A stretch of DNA of 64,000 nucleotides from an uncultured Muribaculaceae bacterium (GTDB lineage: Bacteria > Bacteroidota > Bacteroidia > Bacteroidales > Muribaculaceae), in assembly GCA_905207535.1 (NCBI GenBank), contig CAJLLX010000001.1:64428-128427 (forward strand), given 5' to 3'. The notes beneath the pieces were generated by a model. The model ran no database searches, was not told the DNA's origin, and saw only the letters and a program-made list of their open reading frames with translations. The stretch's first letter is position 1, and every line of letters starts with the position of its first letter. The position numbers and the translations under genes are program-made. Of the stretch, positions 47,909 to 57,915 are shown piece after piece.

Positions 47909-50900
47909 TTATGCCAGCGTCACGGACACTGTCACATTGTTGCCGTCGATATCGAAGATTTCATCCTCGGCAGCGTTCGCTATCGGTGCCACTGCTATGG
48001 CATCGGCAAGCACCTGACGGCAGATATATTCGCCGTAATCACGCACGGCATCGTCGGTGAGTTCCGACGGCGCCACCACAAGGTTGATGCGCTGGGTGAT
48101 GTCGTAATCGCGGTTTTTGCGCAGGTTCTGCACACGGTTCACAATCTCGCGGGCCATACCCTCGCGGCGGAGCTGCTCGGTGACGGTCACGTCAAGTGCC
48201 ACGGTGATGGCGCCTTCGTTGGCCACCAGCCATCCGGGTATATCCTCGTTGCGGATCTCCACATCGGCTGCCTCGAGGGTCACGGGCTCACCGCCGTCGG
48301 TCATGGCGAGCGAGATGCTGCCGTTCTGCTCCAGAGCGATGATCGAGTGCTGGTCGAGCGAGGCGATGGCCTGAGCCACAGCCTTCATGCGCTTGCCGAA
48401 TTTCGGGCCGAGCTTCTTGAAGTCGGCTTTGATGCGCTTCACGAGAATACCCTCTTCGTTGCTGACAAATTTGATATCCTTCACATTGACCTCCGAAAGG
48501 ATCAGAGCAGACATGGCCTCGATTTCGGCCTTTGTCTCGGGATCGGACACGGGGATCATGAGGGTCTGCAGCGGCTGGCGCACCTTGATGTTGACCTTGC
48601 GGCGCAGCGAGAGCACCATCGAGGTGATCACCTGAGCAAGATTCATGCGGCTCTCCAGCGCTTTGTCTATCAGCTTCTCGTCGCTCTTGGGGAAGTAGGC
48701 GATATGCACCGATTCGGGCGTTTTCCCCTCGGCTGCCAGCGCAGGAGCCTTGAGATCCTGATACAGACGGTCGGAGAAGAAGGGTGCGAAGGGTGCCATG
48801 AGCAGGGACACTGTCTCGAGGCAGCTCAGCAGGGTCTGGAACGCCGAAAGCTTGTCTTCGCTCATGCCGCCGCCCCAGAAGCGCTTGCGGTTGAGGCGCA
48901 CATACCAGTTGGAGAGGTCGTCGTTGACGAAGGCGTTGATGGCGCGGGCTGCCTTGGTGGGCTCGTAGTCGTCGAGGGCCTCCTCCACATCCTTGATCAG
49001 GGTGTTGAGCGTGGAGAGGATCCATCGGTCGATCTCGGGACGCTCCGACACGGGCACCTGAGGCTCTGCGCCGGTGAATCCGTCGACATTGGCATAGAGG
49101 GCCAGGAAGGAGTATGTATTGTAAAGCGTTGCGAAGAGTTTGCGCGATACTTCGCGAACGCCCTCTTCGTCAAACTTCAGGTTGTCCCAGGGCGAGGAGT
49201 TGGAGATCATGTACCAGCGCACGGGGTCGCTGCCGAAGGTCTCGATGGCCTGGAAGGGATTCACGGCGTTGCCAAGGCGCTTGCTCATCTTGTTGCCGTT
49301 CTTGTCGAGCACGAGGCCGTTGGAAATCACGGCTTTGTAGGCTACGGAGTCGAACACCATACCGGCGATGGCATGAAGCGTGAAGAACCATCCGCGTGTC
49401 TGGTCCACACCCTCGGCGATGAAGTCGGCGGGGTAGAGTTCGCCCGAGTCAAGTCCCTCTTTGTTCTCGAATGGATAATGAATCTGGGCATAGGGCATAG
49501 CACCGGAGTCGAACCACACGTCGATCAGGTCGGTCTCACGGTGCATCGGCTTGCCCGAGGAGCTTACGAGCACTATGTCGTCGACATACGGGCGGTGCAG
49601 ATCTATCTTCTCGTAGTTGTCCTTGGTGTATTTGCCGGGCTCGAATCCCTTTGCTTTGTAGGGATTCTCCTTCATCACTCCGGCAGCTACGGCGCGCTCT
49701 ATCTCGTTGTAGAGGGTCTCGACGGAGTCGATGCAGATCTCCTCTTTACCGTCCTCGGTGCGCCAGATAGGGAGCGGAGTGCCCCAGTAGCGCGAGCGGC
49801 TGAGGTTCCAGTCCTGCAGGTTCTCGAGCCATTTGCCGAAACGGCCCGTACCGGTCGATGCGGGTTTCCACTTGATTCCTTCGTTGAGCTGCATCAGGCG
49901 CTCGCGGGCAGCCGTGGTGCGGATAAACCAGCTGTCGAGCGGGTAATAGAGCACGGGCTTGTCGGTGCGCCAGCAGTGGGGGTAGGAGTGGGTATGTTTC
50001 TCGATTTTGAATACCTTGTCGTTCTGCTTGAGCCACATGCACAGCTCCACGTCAAGCGTCTCGTCGCCCTCTTTCTTGTCGGAGTCGTAGGCATTCTTCA
50101 CAAATTTACCTTCCCAAGGTTTGTAGGCCTCCACATCCACGTTTTCGGCTACAAATTTCGGATCGATATCCTCAAGCAGGAAGAAACGGCCGCGGAAGTC
50201 GACCATCGGGCGCACATTGCCGTCCTTGTCGAGCAGGGTCAGCGGGGGGATGCCGCTCTGACGCGACACACGGAGGTCGTCGGCACCGAATGTGCCTGCG
50301 ATATGCACGATACCGGTACCGTCCTCGGTGCTCACATAGTCGCCGGGGATCACACGGAAAGCTCCCTCGCCGGGATTCATCCACTTGAACAGCTGCTCGT
50401 AGTGGAAACCTACAAGTTCGCTCCCCTTGAGGGTCTTCACCACTTCGTAGGGGATAAGTTTGTCACCCTTGTTGTACGAGGCGAGGTACAATCCGGCGGC
50501 TTTGGGGTTGAGATAGTGAGCCATCAGGGCGGTGGCCAGAATCACTGTCTCGGGATTGCCGGAATAGGGGTTGAAGGTGCGCACTACGCTGTATTCGATC
50601 TCCGGACCCACGCAGAGCGCGGTGTTCGAGGGGAGTGTCCAGGGGGTTGTGGTCCATGCCAGGAAGTAAGGCTCGCCGTGGCCGAGCATATAGTCGGCGG
50701 GATCGGTCACCTTAAACTGTGCCACGCAGGTGGTATCCTTCACATCGCGGTAGCATCCGGGCTGATTGAGCTCGTGAGTGCTCAGACCGGTGCCTGCTGC
50801 CGGCGAGTAAGGCTGGATGGTGTATCCCTTATAGAGATATCCTTTCTTATAGAGCTGCGACAGAAGCCACCACACGCTTTCTATGTAACGGTTGTCGTAG

Positions 50901-51349
50901 GTAATGTAGGGATTGTCGAGATCCACCCAGTAGCCCATCGAGTTGGTCAGGGTGCTCCACTCCTTGGTGTATTTCATCACCTCGTGGCGGCATGCGGCAT
51001 TGTAGTCGTCCACCGATATCTTCTTGCCGATATCTTCTTTGGTGATACCCAGAGATTTCTCCACGCCGAGCTCCACAGGCAGGCCGTGAGTGTCCCATCC
51101 TGCTTTGCGCTTTACGTGAAATCCCTTCATGGTCTTGTAGCGGCACACGATATCCTTGATAGTGCGTGCCATCACGTGATGGATGCCGGGCATACCGTTG
51201 GCCGAAGGGGGACCTTCGTAAAACACAAACGTGGGCATCCCTTCGCGGGTTGCCATGCTTTGCTCGAACAGATGGTTCTCATTCCATTTGGCAAGCACCT
51301 CCTTATTGATGTCGGAGAGATTGAACTTGTTGTATTCGGTGAACTTCAT
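47909..51349 (-). CDS. ileS: Isoleucine--tRNA ligase (type 2)
   Basis: Motifs YEGPPSANG, GWDTHGLPVE, WTTTPWTLP, EGVDQTRGWF and KMSKR; -7 element TATCTTTG (minus strand) at 51409-51416. Confidence 0.98.
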   Translation of the reverse strand: MKFTEYNKFNLSDINKEVLAKWNENHLFEQSMATREGMPTFVFYEGPPSANGMPGIHHVMARTIKDIVCRYKTMKGFHVKRKAGWDTHGLPVELGVEKSLGITKEDIGKKISVDDYNAACRHEVMKYTKEWSTLTNSMGYWVDLDNPYITYDNRYIESVWWLLSQLYKKGYLYKGYTIQPYSPAAGTGLSTHELNQPGCYRDVKDTTCVAQFKVTDPADYMLGHGEPYFLAWTTTPWTLPSNTALCVGPEIEYSVVRTFNPYSGNPETVILATALMAHYLNPKAAGLYLASYNKGDKLIPYEVVKTLKGSELVGFHYEQLFKWMNPGEGAFRVIPGDYVSTEDGTGIVHIAGTFGADDLRVSRQSGIPPLTLLDKDGNVRPMVDFRGRFFLLEDIDPKFVAENVDVEAYKPWEGKFVKNAYDSDKKEGDETLDVELCMWLKQNDKVFKIEKHTHSYPHCWRTDKPVLYYPLDSWFIRTTAARERLMQLNEGIKWKPASTGTGRFGKWLENLQDWNLSRSRYWGTPLPIWRTEDGKEEICIDSVETLYNEIERAVAAGVMKENPYKAKGFEPGKYTKDNYEKIDLHRPYVDDIVLVSSSGKPMHRETDLIDVWFDSGAMPYAQIHYPFENKEGLDSGELYPADFIAEGVDQTRGWFFTLHAIAGMVFDSVAYKAVISNGLVLDKNGNKMSKRLGNAVNPFQAIETFGSDPVRWYMISNSSPWDNLKFDEEGVREVSRKLFATLYNTYSFLALYANVDGFTGAEPQVPVSERPEIDRWILSTLNTLIKDVEEALDDYEPTKAARAINAFVNDDLSNWYVRLNRKRFWGGGMSEDKLSAFQTLLSCLETVSLLMAPFAPFFSDRLYQDLKAPALAAEGKTPESVHIAYFPKSDEKLIDKALESRMNLAQVITSMVLSLRRKVNIKVRQPLQTLMIPVSDPETKAEIEAMSALILSEVNVKDIKFVSNEEGILVKRIKADFKKLGPKFGKRMKAVAQAIASLDQHSIIALEQNGSISLAMTDGGEPVTLEAADVEIRNEDIPGWLVANEGAITVALDVTVTEQLRREGMAREIVNRVQNLRKNRDYDITQRINLVVAPSELTDDAVRDYGEYICRQVLADAIAVAPIANAAEDEIFDIDGNNVTVSVTLA

Positions 51350-51484
51350 CTTTTATTAGTTGGGATTGAGTCCTTGTTATGTCTGTGATAATTTTCGGTT
51401 TTGCGCTGCAAAGATAGTGAATCCATGCGTTTTTTCCAACCGCCGCCCGGCAGCGCTCTGCAGCAATGCCGGGCGGCAGGATGT

Positions 51485-52687
51485 TTAGTGCTTGGTGCCG
51501 AATTTGCCCCCTTTCACTCCCCCTTTGGTGCCTCCGCCCATGGCGAAGATATTCTGACTGAAGGTGAGTGTCTTGCGACTGCGCTCGGCGTTGCGCTTCA
51601 CTGCCAGCGACACCAGTTTGTCCATCAGCTGCGGGAATGTGATGCCGGTAGCCTCCCAGAGGTAGTACGAGAGCGATCCGGGGATGGTGTTGATCTCGTT
51701 GACGAAGATCTCCTTTGTGTCGCGGTCTACAATCACATCCACGCGGCTCACACCGTGGCACGAAAGCACGCGGAAGGTCTCGCCGGCCAGGCGGCGTATC
51801 TCTTTGGTCATATCCTCGGGAAGGTCGGCGGGAATCTTCTTGGCCGAAGCTGCCATCCCCTTCGGAGTCTTCGAACCTCCGAGATATTTGTCTTCGTAGG
51901 AGAGTATCTCCTCGGTCTTGATAGGCTCCTCGAGCACCGAAGTGGCATATTCGTCGCAGTCGCCGAGCACCGAGCAGTTGATCTCCTGCAGTTTCTGCAC
52001 CATATGCTCCACAATGATACGCGAAGCATATCGCGAGGCGTCCTCCACGCGCTGCTCCAGCTCTTCGCGGTTGTGGGCGGCGCCGATACCGATCGACGAG
52101 CCGAGGTTGGCGGGCTTCACAATTACCGGATAACCGATTTTCTCCTCTACCTCCTTGGTGAGCTCGGCTTTATTTGCAAACCACTGGCGGTCGGTAAACC
52201 ACACATAGTCCACCACGGGGATATTGTTCTCCCGGAGTATCATCTTCATGGTGATCTTGTCCATACCGTTGGCCGATGCGAGGGTGTCACAGCCGGCATA
52301 GGGGATGCCGATGTAATCGAGGATACCTTCGAATGTGCCGTCCTCGCCGTTGGCGCCGTGGAGCACGGGGATCACCACATCAAGCCGGGTGGCCACATTC
52401 TTGTTTTTCAGCAGGCCATCGGGATGGGTCAGATACAGATTGTAGTCGCCGTAGGTCGGGCGCATATACACCTCGCGGCACTGCTTGAGCATCGCGGGGA
52501 TATTGCGATAGTTTTTGATCTCGAAGAGTGCGTCGCCGGTGTACCAGTGCCCTTCCTTGGTGATATACACCGGTGTCACATCGTATTTCGCACGGTCAAT
52601 CGCGGCCATGGCCTGATTGGCTGAAATCATCGAGATTTCATGCTCCGTGGAGCGGCCTCCGAAGAATACTCCTATGTTGGTTTTCAT
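51485..52687 (-). CDS. ddl: D-alanine--D-alanine ligase family
   Basis: Motifs FGGRSTEHEIS, LHGANGEDG, KPANLGSSIG and NEINTIPGS. Confidence 0.92.
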   Translation of the reverse strand: MKTNIGVFFGGRSTEHEISMISANQAMAAIDRAKYDVTPVYITKEGHWYTGDALFEIKNYRNIPAMLKQCREVYMRPTYGDYNLYLTHPDGLLKNKNVATRLDVVIPVLHGANGEDGTFEGILDYIGIPYAGCDTLASANGMDKITMKMILRENNIPVVDYVWFTDRQWFANKAELTKEVEEKIGYPVIVKPANLGSSIGIGAAHNREELEQRVEDASRYASRIIVEHMVQKLQEINCSVLGDCDEYATSVLEEPIKTEEILSYEDKYLGGSKTPKGMAASAKKIPADLPEDMTKEIRRLAGETFRVLSCHGVSRVDVIVDRDTKEIFVNEINTIPGSLSYYLWEATGITFPQLMDKLVSLAVKRNAERSRKTLTFSQNIFAMGGGTKGGVKGGKFGTKH

Positions 52688-52741
52688 CGTTTCTATCTTA
52701 GATATATTTGTGATTCTTATTTATAAGGTATCCCTCCCCGC

Positions 52742-54328
52742 TTATTTGAAGGTGTCGGGAAGGTCGTTTTCATACAGCACTGTGTCGCCGGGGCGTCCGA
52801 TGCTCTGCAGGAGCCTTTGAGCCTCGGCGAAGGAGTCAACCGTGTGCACATTCTCCTCTTTTATCGGTCCTTCGGCTATCCCGGCCAGGATGGCATCGCG
52901 GTTGTACTGCCCCACGATTATCGCCACATCGGCGCAGCGGGCTATGTTGCGCCCGAACTCCTCGTTGGCTTTCTCCTGCAGGTCGCCGAGTTCTATCATG
53001 CCGGGGGTGATCACAATGCGCTTTCCCGGGGTCATCATCGCCAGCACTTCGAGCGCCATCTTCGACCCGGCGGGATTCGAGTTGAAGGCGTCGTCTATGA
53101 TGGTGTATCCTCCTGGGATATGCTTCATGTTCAGACGGTGTTCCACCTGCTCTATCTGCTCGGCGGCGTAGCGGATCTTGGCTTCGGGTACTCCGAGACG
53201 AAGAGCTACGATTACGGCTGCCATCAGGTTTGACACGTTGCATTCCCCCACAAGTTTGGTGTGGATCTCCATCGGCCGGGCCATACCGGTCCCGGAGATG
53301 GTGAATGTAGTCCCCGTGGGGCTGTATTTTATGTCCGAAGCCACGAAGTCGGCCTTGTCGGGCGAGCTTACACCATAGCGCAGTGCCTTGGTGTTGTCCA
53401 CCTTGCGGTTTGCCACATAGGGGAAATCGTTGTTAAGCACCACAAATCCGTCGGCGGGTACGGCATCGGCAAGCTCAAACTTCGTGCGCTGCACATTTTC
53501 GATGGTCTTGAACGATTCGAGATGCTGCTCCCCTACGGCGGTGATGATACCGGCCTGAGGATGCACCAGATCGCAGATCTCCTTGATGTCGCCTGGCTGT
53601 TTGGCACCCATTTCCACGATGAATACTTCGTCGTAGGGCTTGAGATACTCCCTCACGGTGCGTATCACACCCATCGTGGTGTTGAAGCTCCCAGGGGTCA
53701 TGGCGGTGGAGAAATGCTCCGACAGGATGCGCTGCAGATAGTGCTTCGTGGAGGTCTTGCCGTAGCTTCCGGTAATGCCGATAATCTTGAGATTCGGCAT
53801 CGATGCCAGGATCGAGGCGGCTTCGTCGTAATATTTCTTATTGATATGCTTCTCCACCGGTCGGAGGATGTCGTTGGCGAGCAGCATGATCATCGGCGAG
53901 ACCACGAGCATGCCCAGAAGCACAGCGCAGAGTGCCGCAAGGCCGCCAAATATGCCTGTCAAGGCTGCAATGACGGCGGAAATGCCCCACATCACCCCGC
54001 ATATGCGGCGCACACGAGGCGTCCACACCAGCGGTTTCTTATATTTCTTCCGCAGCAGGCTGATACACTGCCACACTGCGATGATCACACCCACAGCGGC
54101 TCCCGCAAAAAACGGGATATGGTGCACCAGCAGGAAAAGCAGCGCTATGCAGCACATGATCCTGCCGATATTGGTGCTCTCGCCGCTCTGGCTGAACCAT
54201 CGGTAATAGCGCTCCTTGCGATAGGAGTTTTGCTGAAGCATCATGAGATCCCGGGCGTACACTGCCCACATGTCGGCCACTGCCGACGTTATCAGGACCC
54301 ATGCTATTATTTCATTCAACATATTCAT
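52742..54328 (-). CDS. murF: MurF-type Mur ligase with N-terminal membrane domain
   Basis: Several N-terminal TM segments; GITGSYGKTSTK, VEMGA and DDAFNSNP; C-terminal ENDLPD. Confidence 0.85.
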   Translation of the reverse strand: MNMLNEIIAWVLITSAVADMWAVYARDLMMLQQNSYRKERYYRWFSQSGESTNIGRIMCCIALLFLLVHHIPFFAGAAVGVIIAVWQCISLLRKKYKKPLVWTPRVRRICGVMWGISAVIAALTGIFGGLAALCAVLLGMLVVSPMIMLLANDILRPVEKHINKKYYDEAASILASMPNLKIIGITGSYGKTSTKHYLQRILSEHFSTAMTPGSFNTTMGVIRTVREYLKPYDEVFIVEMGAKQPGDIKEICDLVHPQAGIITAVGEQHLESFKTIENVQRTKFELADAVPADGFVVLNNDFPYVANRKVDNTKALRYGVSSPDKADFVASDIKYSPTGTTFTISGTGMARPMEIHTKLVGECNVSNLMAAVIVALRLGVPEAKIRYAAEQIEQVEHRLNMKHIPGGYTIIDDAFNSNPAGSKMALEVLAMMTPGKRIVITPGMIELGDLQEKANEEFGRNIARCADVAIIVGQYNRDAILAGIAEGPIKEENVHTVDSFAEAQRLLQSIGRPGDTVLYENDLPDTFK

Positions 54329-55125
54329 TGTTTCTTTTCGCTGTCGTTAGGTGTTAAAGAGGAGAGAAACGAGCCAAGCACGGCTGCAAACAGCGGTCGG
54401 TTGTCAAGAAAACTGTAGTGTCCGCACCCCTCGAAGGTCACCAGGGCGGCATGCGGTATGAGCCGTTCCATGGTCTTGCCGTCGCTCAGAGGTGTGGCGG
54501 TGTCGTTCTCGCCCCATATCAGTAGAGTCTGCTCCGCCTTAATCGAAGGCATATAGTGCTTCAGATCCTCATTGACGGCCTTGCTCATGATGGCACGCAT
54601 GCGCGGCGACGACGAGGCGTAGTCGGCCGAGCCGCGGCGGCTGCGCCACCGCTCCACCACTTTGCCTCCGCGCTTCTTGCCAAGAAAAAGCAGCGCCAGC
54701 CGTTTGCCTACCTTAAACGAATACACCTTCAGGTAATATTTCAGGCTGCGGCGGGGCTTTACGCCGGCGGCATCAATGAGCACCAGCGCCGACGGCTTCA
54801 CTTTCCCCTCGGCACCGAGCACTATTGACACTCTGCCTCCGAAACTGTGGCCCGCAATCACGGGATCCACAATCCCTTCCTCCTGCATCAGGCGGTCAAT
54901 CAGCCTGGCATAATCCTCCACAGTCCACACTGCCTCCGGTTCGGGCGACTGTCCGAATCCGGGGAGGTCGATATTGTAGACGGTATGCGTCTGCGATGCC
55001 ACTGCAGCCACACTGCGCACTGTCTCAAGCGTGCAGCCCCAGCCATGCATCAGCACGAAGGCCGGACCACTGCCCGTGATCTCCATATGCACTCTCTGGC
55101 CGTCTATGTCAACAAATTCTTCCAA
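54325..55125 (-). CDS. Alpha/beta hydrolase
   Basis: Motifs MHGWG, DLPGFG, GHSFGG, WGEND and GH. The TTG start at 55125 is inferred from a -7 element near 55161-55168. Confidence 0.88.
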   Translation of the reverse strand: MEEFVDIDGQRVHMEITGSGPAFVLMHGWGCTLETVRSVAAVASQTHTVYNIDLPGFGQSPEPEAVWTVEDYARLIDRLMQEEGIVDPVIAGHSFGGRVSIVLGAEGKVKPSALVLIDAAGVKPRRSLKYYLKVYSFKVGKRLALLFLGKKRGGKVVERWRSRRGSADYASSSPRMRAIMSKAVNEDLKHYMPSIKAEQTLLIWGENDTATPLSDGKTMERLIPHAALVTFEGCGHYSFLDNRPLFAAVLGSFLSSLTPNDSEKKQ

Positions 55126-55240
55126 ACCCTGTGACTTAATCTTTTTTTGAAATTCGGGTACAAATTTACGCATTTCCACTGTCAGAGCCAAAACTTACAT
55201 GGTGTAAATTGCGATTTTTCGGAAAGAAACATCCCAAGCA

Positions 55241-55272
55241 TTTGGCTGTTTGGCGAAAAATGCCTACCTTTG
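55241..55272 (+). promoter_or_regulatory. Sigma-A promoter of rplY
   Basis: TTTG-N20-TACCTTTG. Confidence 0.75.
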
Positions 55273-55363
55273 CAGCGCTTTTGGCAGATGCCATTTGCGC
55301 CCAGTGTGATGGGAAATTAATTACACATTAATTTTGAGTAACACAATTAACTGATTTACAACA

Positions 55364-56020
55364 ATGAAAACTTACAGCCTCGTTGCCGAGCCCCGTACCG
55401 ACCTCGGCAAGAAAGCAGCAAAAGCACTTCGTAACGAAGGTAAAATTCCCGTAGTCCTCAATGGTGGCGAGCCCTTCGACCTCCCCTTCACCGGCACTCT
55501 CAAGCCCGGCGAGAAGATCGTGGAGATCGAGAATGGCCGTGGTATCATCACTACCGACCTCGCTGTCAAGAACGACGACGTGCGCAAGCTCATCTACACC
55601 CCCGACATCTTCGCTATCGAGCTCGAAGCCAACGGCGAAAAGAAGATGGCTGTGCTCCGCGAAGTGCAGTTCCACCCCGTAAAGGACAACATCCTTCACA
55701 TCGACCTGCTTGAGGTCAACGATACCAAGCCCGTAGTTATCTCCGTGCCCGTGAAGCTTGAAGGCCACGCCGAAGGTGTTAAGGCCGGTGGTAAGCTCAC
55801 CCTCTCCATGAAGAAACTCAAGGTGAAAGCCATCTATTCCGCAGTGCCTGAGCGTCTGGTCATCAACGTCGACAACCTCGGCCTCGGCAAGACCCTCCAG
55901 GTTGGCGAGCTCCATTTCCCCGGCCTCGAGATGGTTACCCCCAAAGAAGCTGTGGTTTGCGCCGTTCAGCTCACACGTGCCGCACGTGGTGCCGCTGCCG
56001 CTGCTGCCGCCGCCAAATAA
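55364..56020 (+). CDS. rplY: 50S ribosomal protein L25 / Ctc
   Basis: Motifs GKKAAKALRNEGKIP, EVQFHPV, HIDL and GVKAGG; upstream of pth. Confidence 0.95.
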   Translation: MKTYSLVAEPRTDLGKKAAKALRNEGKIPVVLNGGEPFDLPFTGTLKPGEKIVEIENGRGIITTDLAVKNDDVRKLIYTPDIFAIELEANGEKKMAVLREVQFHPVKDNILHIDLLEVNDTKPVVISVPVKLEGHAEGVKAGGKLTLSMKKLKVKAIYSAVPERLVINVDNLGLGKTLQVGELHFPGLEMVTPKEAVVCAVQLTRAARGAAAAAAAAK

Positions 56021-56066
56021 TTTGATCCCGATAGCTCGGTTCGCCCGGGCCTGACATACTCACATA

Positions 56067-56112
56067 CGAGCCCGGAGCGCTGAGATTTCAATCTTCGCGC
56101 GCTCCGGGCTCG
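56067..56112 (+). terminator. Hairpin between rplY and pth
   Basis: 14-bp arms CGAGCCCGGAGCGC / GCGCTCCGGGCTCG; no U tract. Confidence 0.45.
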
Positions 56113-56158
56113 CTGAGTAATCTCCAAATACAGCATACGCTCACATCCTCTTCCCCAA

Positions 56159-56722
56159 ATGAAATATCTCATTGTTGGCCTCGGCAACATCGGGGCTGAA
56201 TATCAGGGCACTCGCCACAATACCGGTTTCCGCATCGCCGATGCTCTTGCCGAAGACCTCAAGGCCACCTTCTCCACCGAAAGATACGGCGACGTGGCCA
56301 ACGCCCGCATCAAAAACAAGCAGGTGGTGATCCTCAAGCCTTCCACCTACATGAATCTCAGCGGCAATGCCGTGCGCTATTGGATGAACAAGGAGAATAT
56401 CCCGGGGGAGAATATCCTCGTGCTCGTCGACGACATTGCACTCCCCTTCGGAGCTATCCGCATCAAGGGTAGCGGCAGCGACGCCGGACACAACGGGCTG
56501 AAAAACATCGCACAGATGCTCGGCACCGAGGCATATCCCCGCCTCCGATTCGGCATCGGCAACGACTTTCCCCGCGGATGCCAGATCGACTATGTGCTCG
56601 GCCAGTTTACCCTCGACGAGCGCCAGCGGCTCCCGGTGCGTGTGGCCACGGCTGTAGAAGCTATCCGCACTTATGTGCTTGCCGGACTGCAGACCGCCAT
56701 GTGCGACTTCAATAATAAATAA
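56159..56722 (+). CDS. pth: Peptidyl-tRNA hydrolase
   Basis: Motifs [24 protein letters not shown] and AGHNGLK. Confidence 0.97.
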   Translation: MKYLIVGLGNIGAEYQGTRHNTGFRIADALAEDLKATFSTERYGDVANARIKNKQVVILKPSTYMNLSGNAVRYWMNKENIPGENILVLVDDIALPFGAIRIKGSGSDAGHNGLKNIAQMLGTEAYPRLRFGIGNDFPRGCQIDYVLGQFTLDERQRLPVRVATAVEAIRTYVLAGLQTAMCDFNNK

Positions 56723-56733
56723 ATTACGGTCAG

Positions 56734-57222
56734 ATGAAAACAGAGGTTAGAATTGACAAATGGCTCTGGGCCATGAGAATATTTAAGACTCGCACCGTCG
56801 CCACCGACAGCTGCAAGAAGGGGCGTGTCACTCTGCGCACCGCCTCGGGCGATGTCATCGCCAAACCGTCGCGCATGATTAAAGTCGACGACATAGTGAG
56901 CGTGCGCAAACCGCCGATCACCTACTCCTTCCGGGTCCAGGCTCTCACCGAGAACCGTCTCGGAGCTAAGCTCGTGCCCGAATATATGGAGAATATCACC
57001 CCCAAGGAGCAGTACGATCTGCTTGATGTGATCCGTATCTCCGGCTTTATAGACCGCCGCAAAGGCCTCGGCCGCCCCACCAAACGCGAAGGTCGCGAAC
57101 TCGCCCGTTTCACCGAAGACCTCTACACCGGTGTCGACGGCAATCCCGAATCATTTCAGGATGAGATGCCCGACAACCAAGGCTGGGACTTCGATTTCGA
57201 CGAAGACGATTTCACCGACTAA
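56734..57222 (+). CDS. hslR: S4-domain ribosome-associated heat shock protein Hsp15
   Basis: Motifs RIDKWLWAMRIFKTR and GRPTKRE; acidic tail. Confidence 0.9.
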   Translation: MKTEVRIDKWLWAMRIFKTRTVATDSCKKGRVTLRTASGDVIAKPSRMIKVDDIVSVRKPPITYSFRVQALTENRLGAKLVPEYMENITPKEQYDLLDVIRISGFIDRRKGLGRPTKREGRELARFTEDLYTGVDGNPESFQDEMPDNQGWDFDFDEDDFTD

Positions 57223-57287
57223 CTTCCCGGCTCTCTTTCCACGTGGATTTTTTGGGCCATGATTAATATTTCGTAATATAAATCTAA

Positions 57288-57327
57288 AGATATGAAGCTC
57301 AAGCTATAGATATGAAGCTCAAGCTAT
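57288..57327. repeat. Perfect 20-bp tandem duplication over a start codon
   Basis: AGATATGAAGCTCAAGCTAT occurs twice in tandem. Confidence 0.97.
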
Positions 57328-57773
57328 TGTTTTTAATCGGAATTGCCGCTGTGTGCGGAGTTTTCTTAAGCGGATGTTCTGCTTCGAAAGGCAATGCAGA
57401 CAATTCTGTCCCCTATCAGTTCGCGGAGCATTATTTCGTCAACAACAATGTAGAGGGAATGCCCCCTACCACTATTACATCTGCAGCAGAGTTTGAAAAA
57501 TACTTCGGTATGGCTGCTGTAATGGGAAAGAATGGCACCCCCACAGAGATCGACTTCAGCAAAAGCTTTGTCATCTGCCTGACAGTAGCACCTACTGATA
57601 CCCAAACGTCGCTGTCAGTCGTATATCTGACTAAATCTGACGAAAATCAGCTTGTACTTAGCTACAAGATTACACGGGGTGAAAAGATGTCATACACCTA
57701 CCGCCCCCTTTTGCTTCTGGTGGTAGATAAAAAGTATGAGCTGCCCGTAGTGCTTGAAGCCACCGGAAAATAA
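57312..57773 (+). CDS. Putative lipoprotein (possibly PrcB C-terminal-like fold)
   Basis: Lipobox LSGC and segment TEIDFSKSFVI; lower GC than its neighbours. Confidence 0.75.
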   Translation: MKLKLLFLIGIAAVCGVFLSGCSASKGNADNSVPYQFAEHYFVNNNVEGMPPTTITSAAEFEKYFGMAAVMGKNGTPTEIDFSKSFVICLTVAPTDTQTSLSVVYLTKSDENQLVLSYKITRGEKMSYTYRPLLLLVVDKKYELPVVLEATGK

Positions 57774-57829
57774 CCCCCTCTTCAAATCGGCTTAAGCCGT
57801 ATTTCAGGGTCATTCTCTGATTATACTAT

Positions 57830-57880
57830 ACAGCAAGGCGCTGTGCCAAATCATCTGATTTCGACACAGCGCCTTGCTGT
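57830..57880. terminator. Long hairpin between convergent genes
   Basis: Perfect 16-bp arms ACAGCAAGGCGCTGTG / CACAGCGCCTTGCTGT. Confidence 0.7.
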
Positions 57881-57915
57881 TGTTTCGTTTCTAATCTAAA
57901 GAGGCGTTTTGACGC

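Noticed and set aside
48347..51388. 1013-aa ORF on + strand opposite ileS
   Set aside because: Antisense shadow caused by codon bias. The same applies to the long ORFs opposite glmS, lpxK, punA, lptB, ddl and murF.
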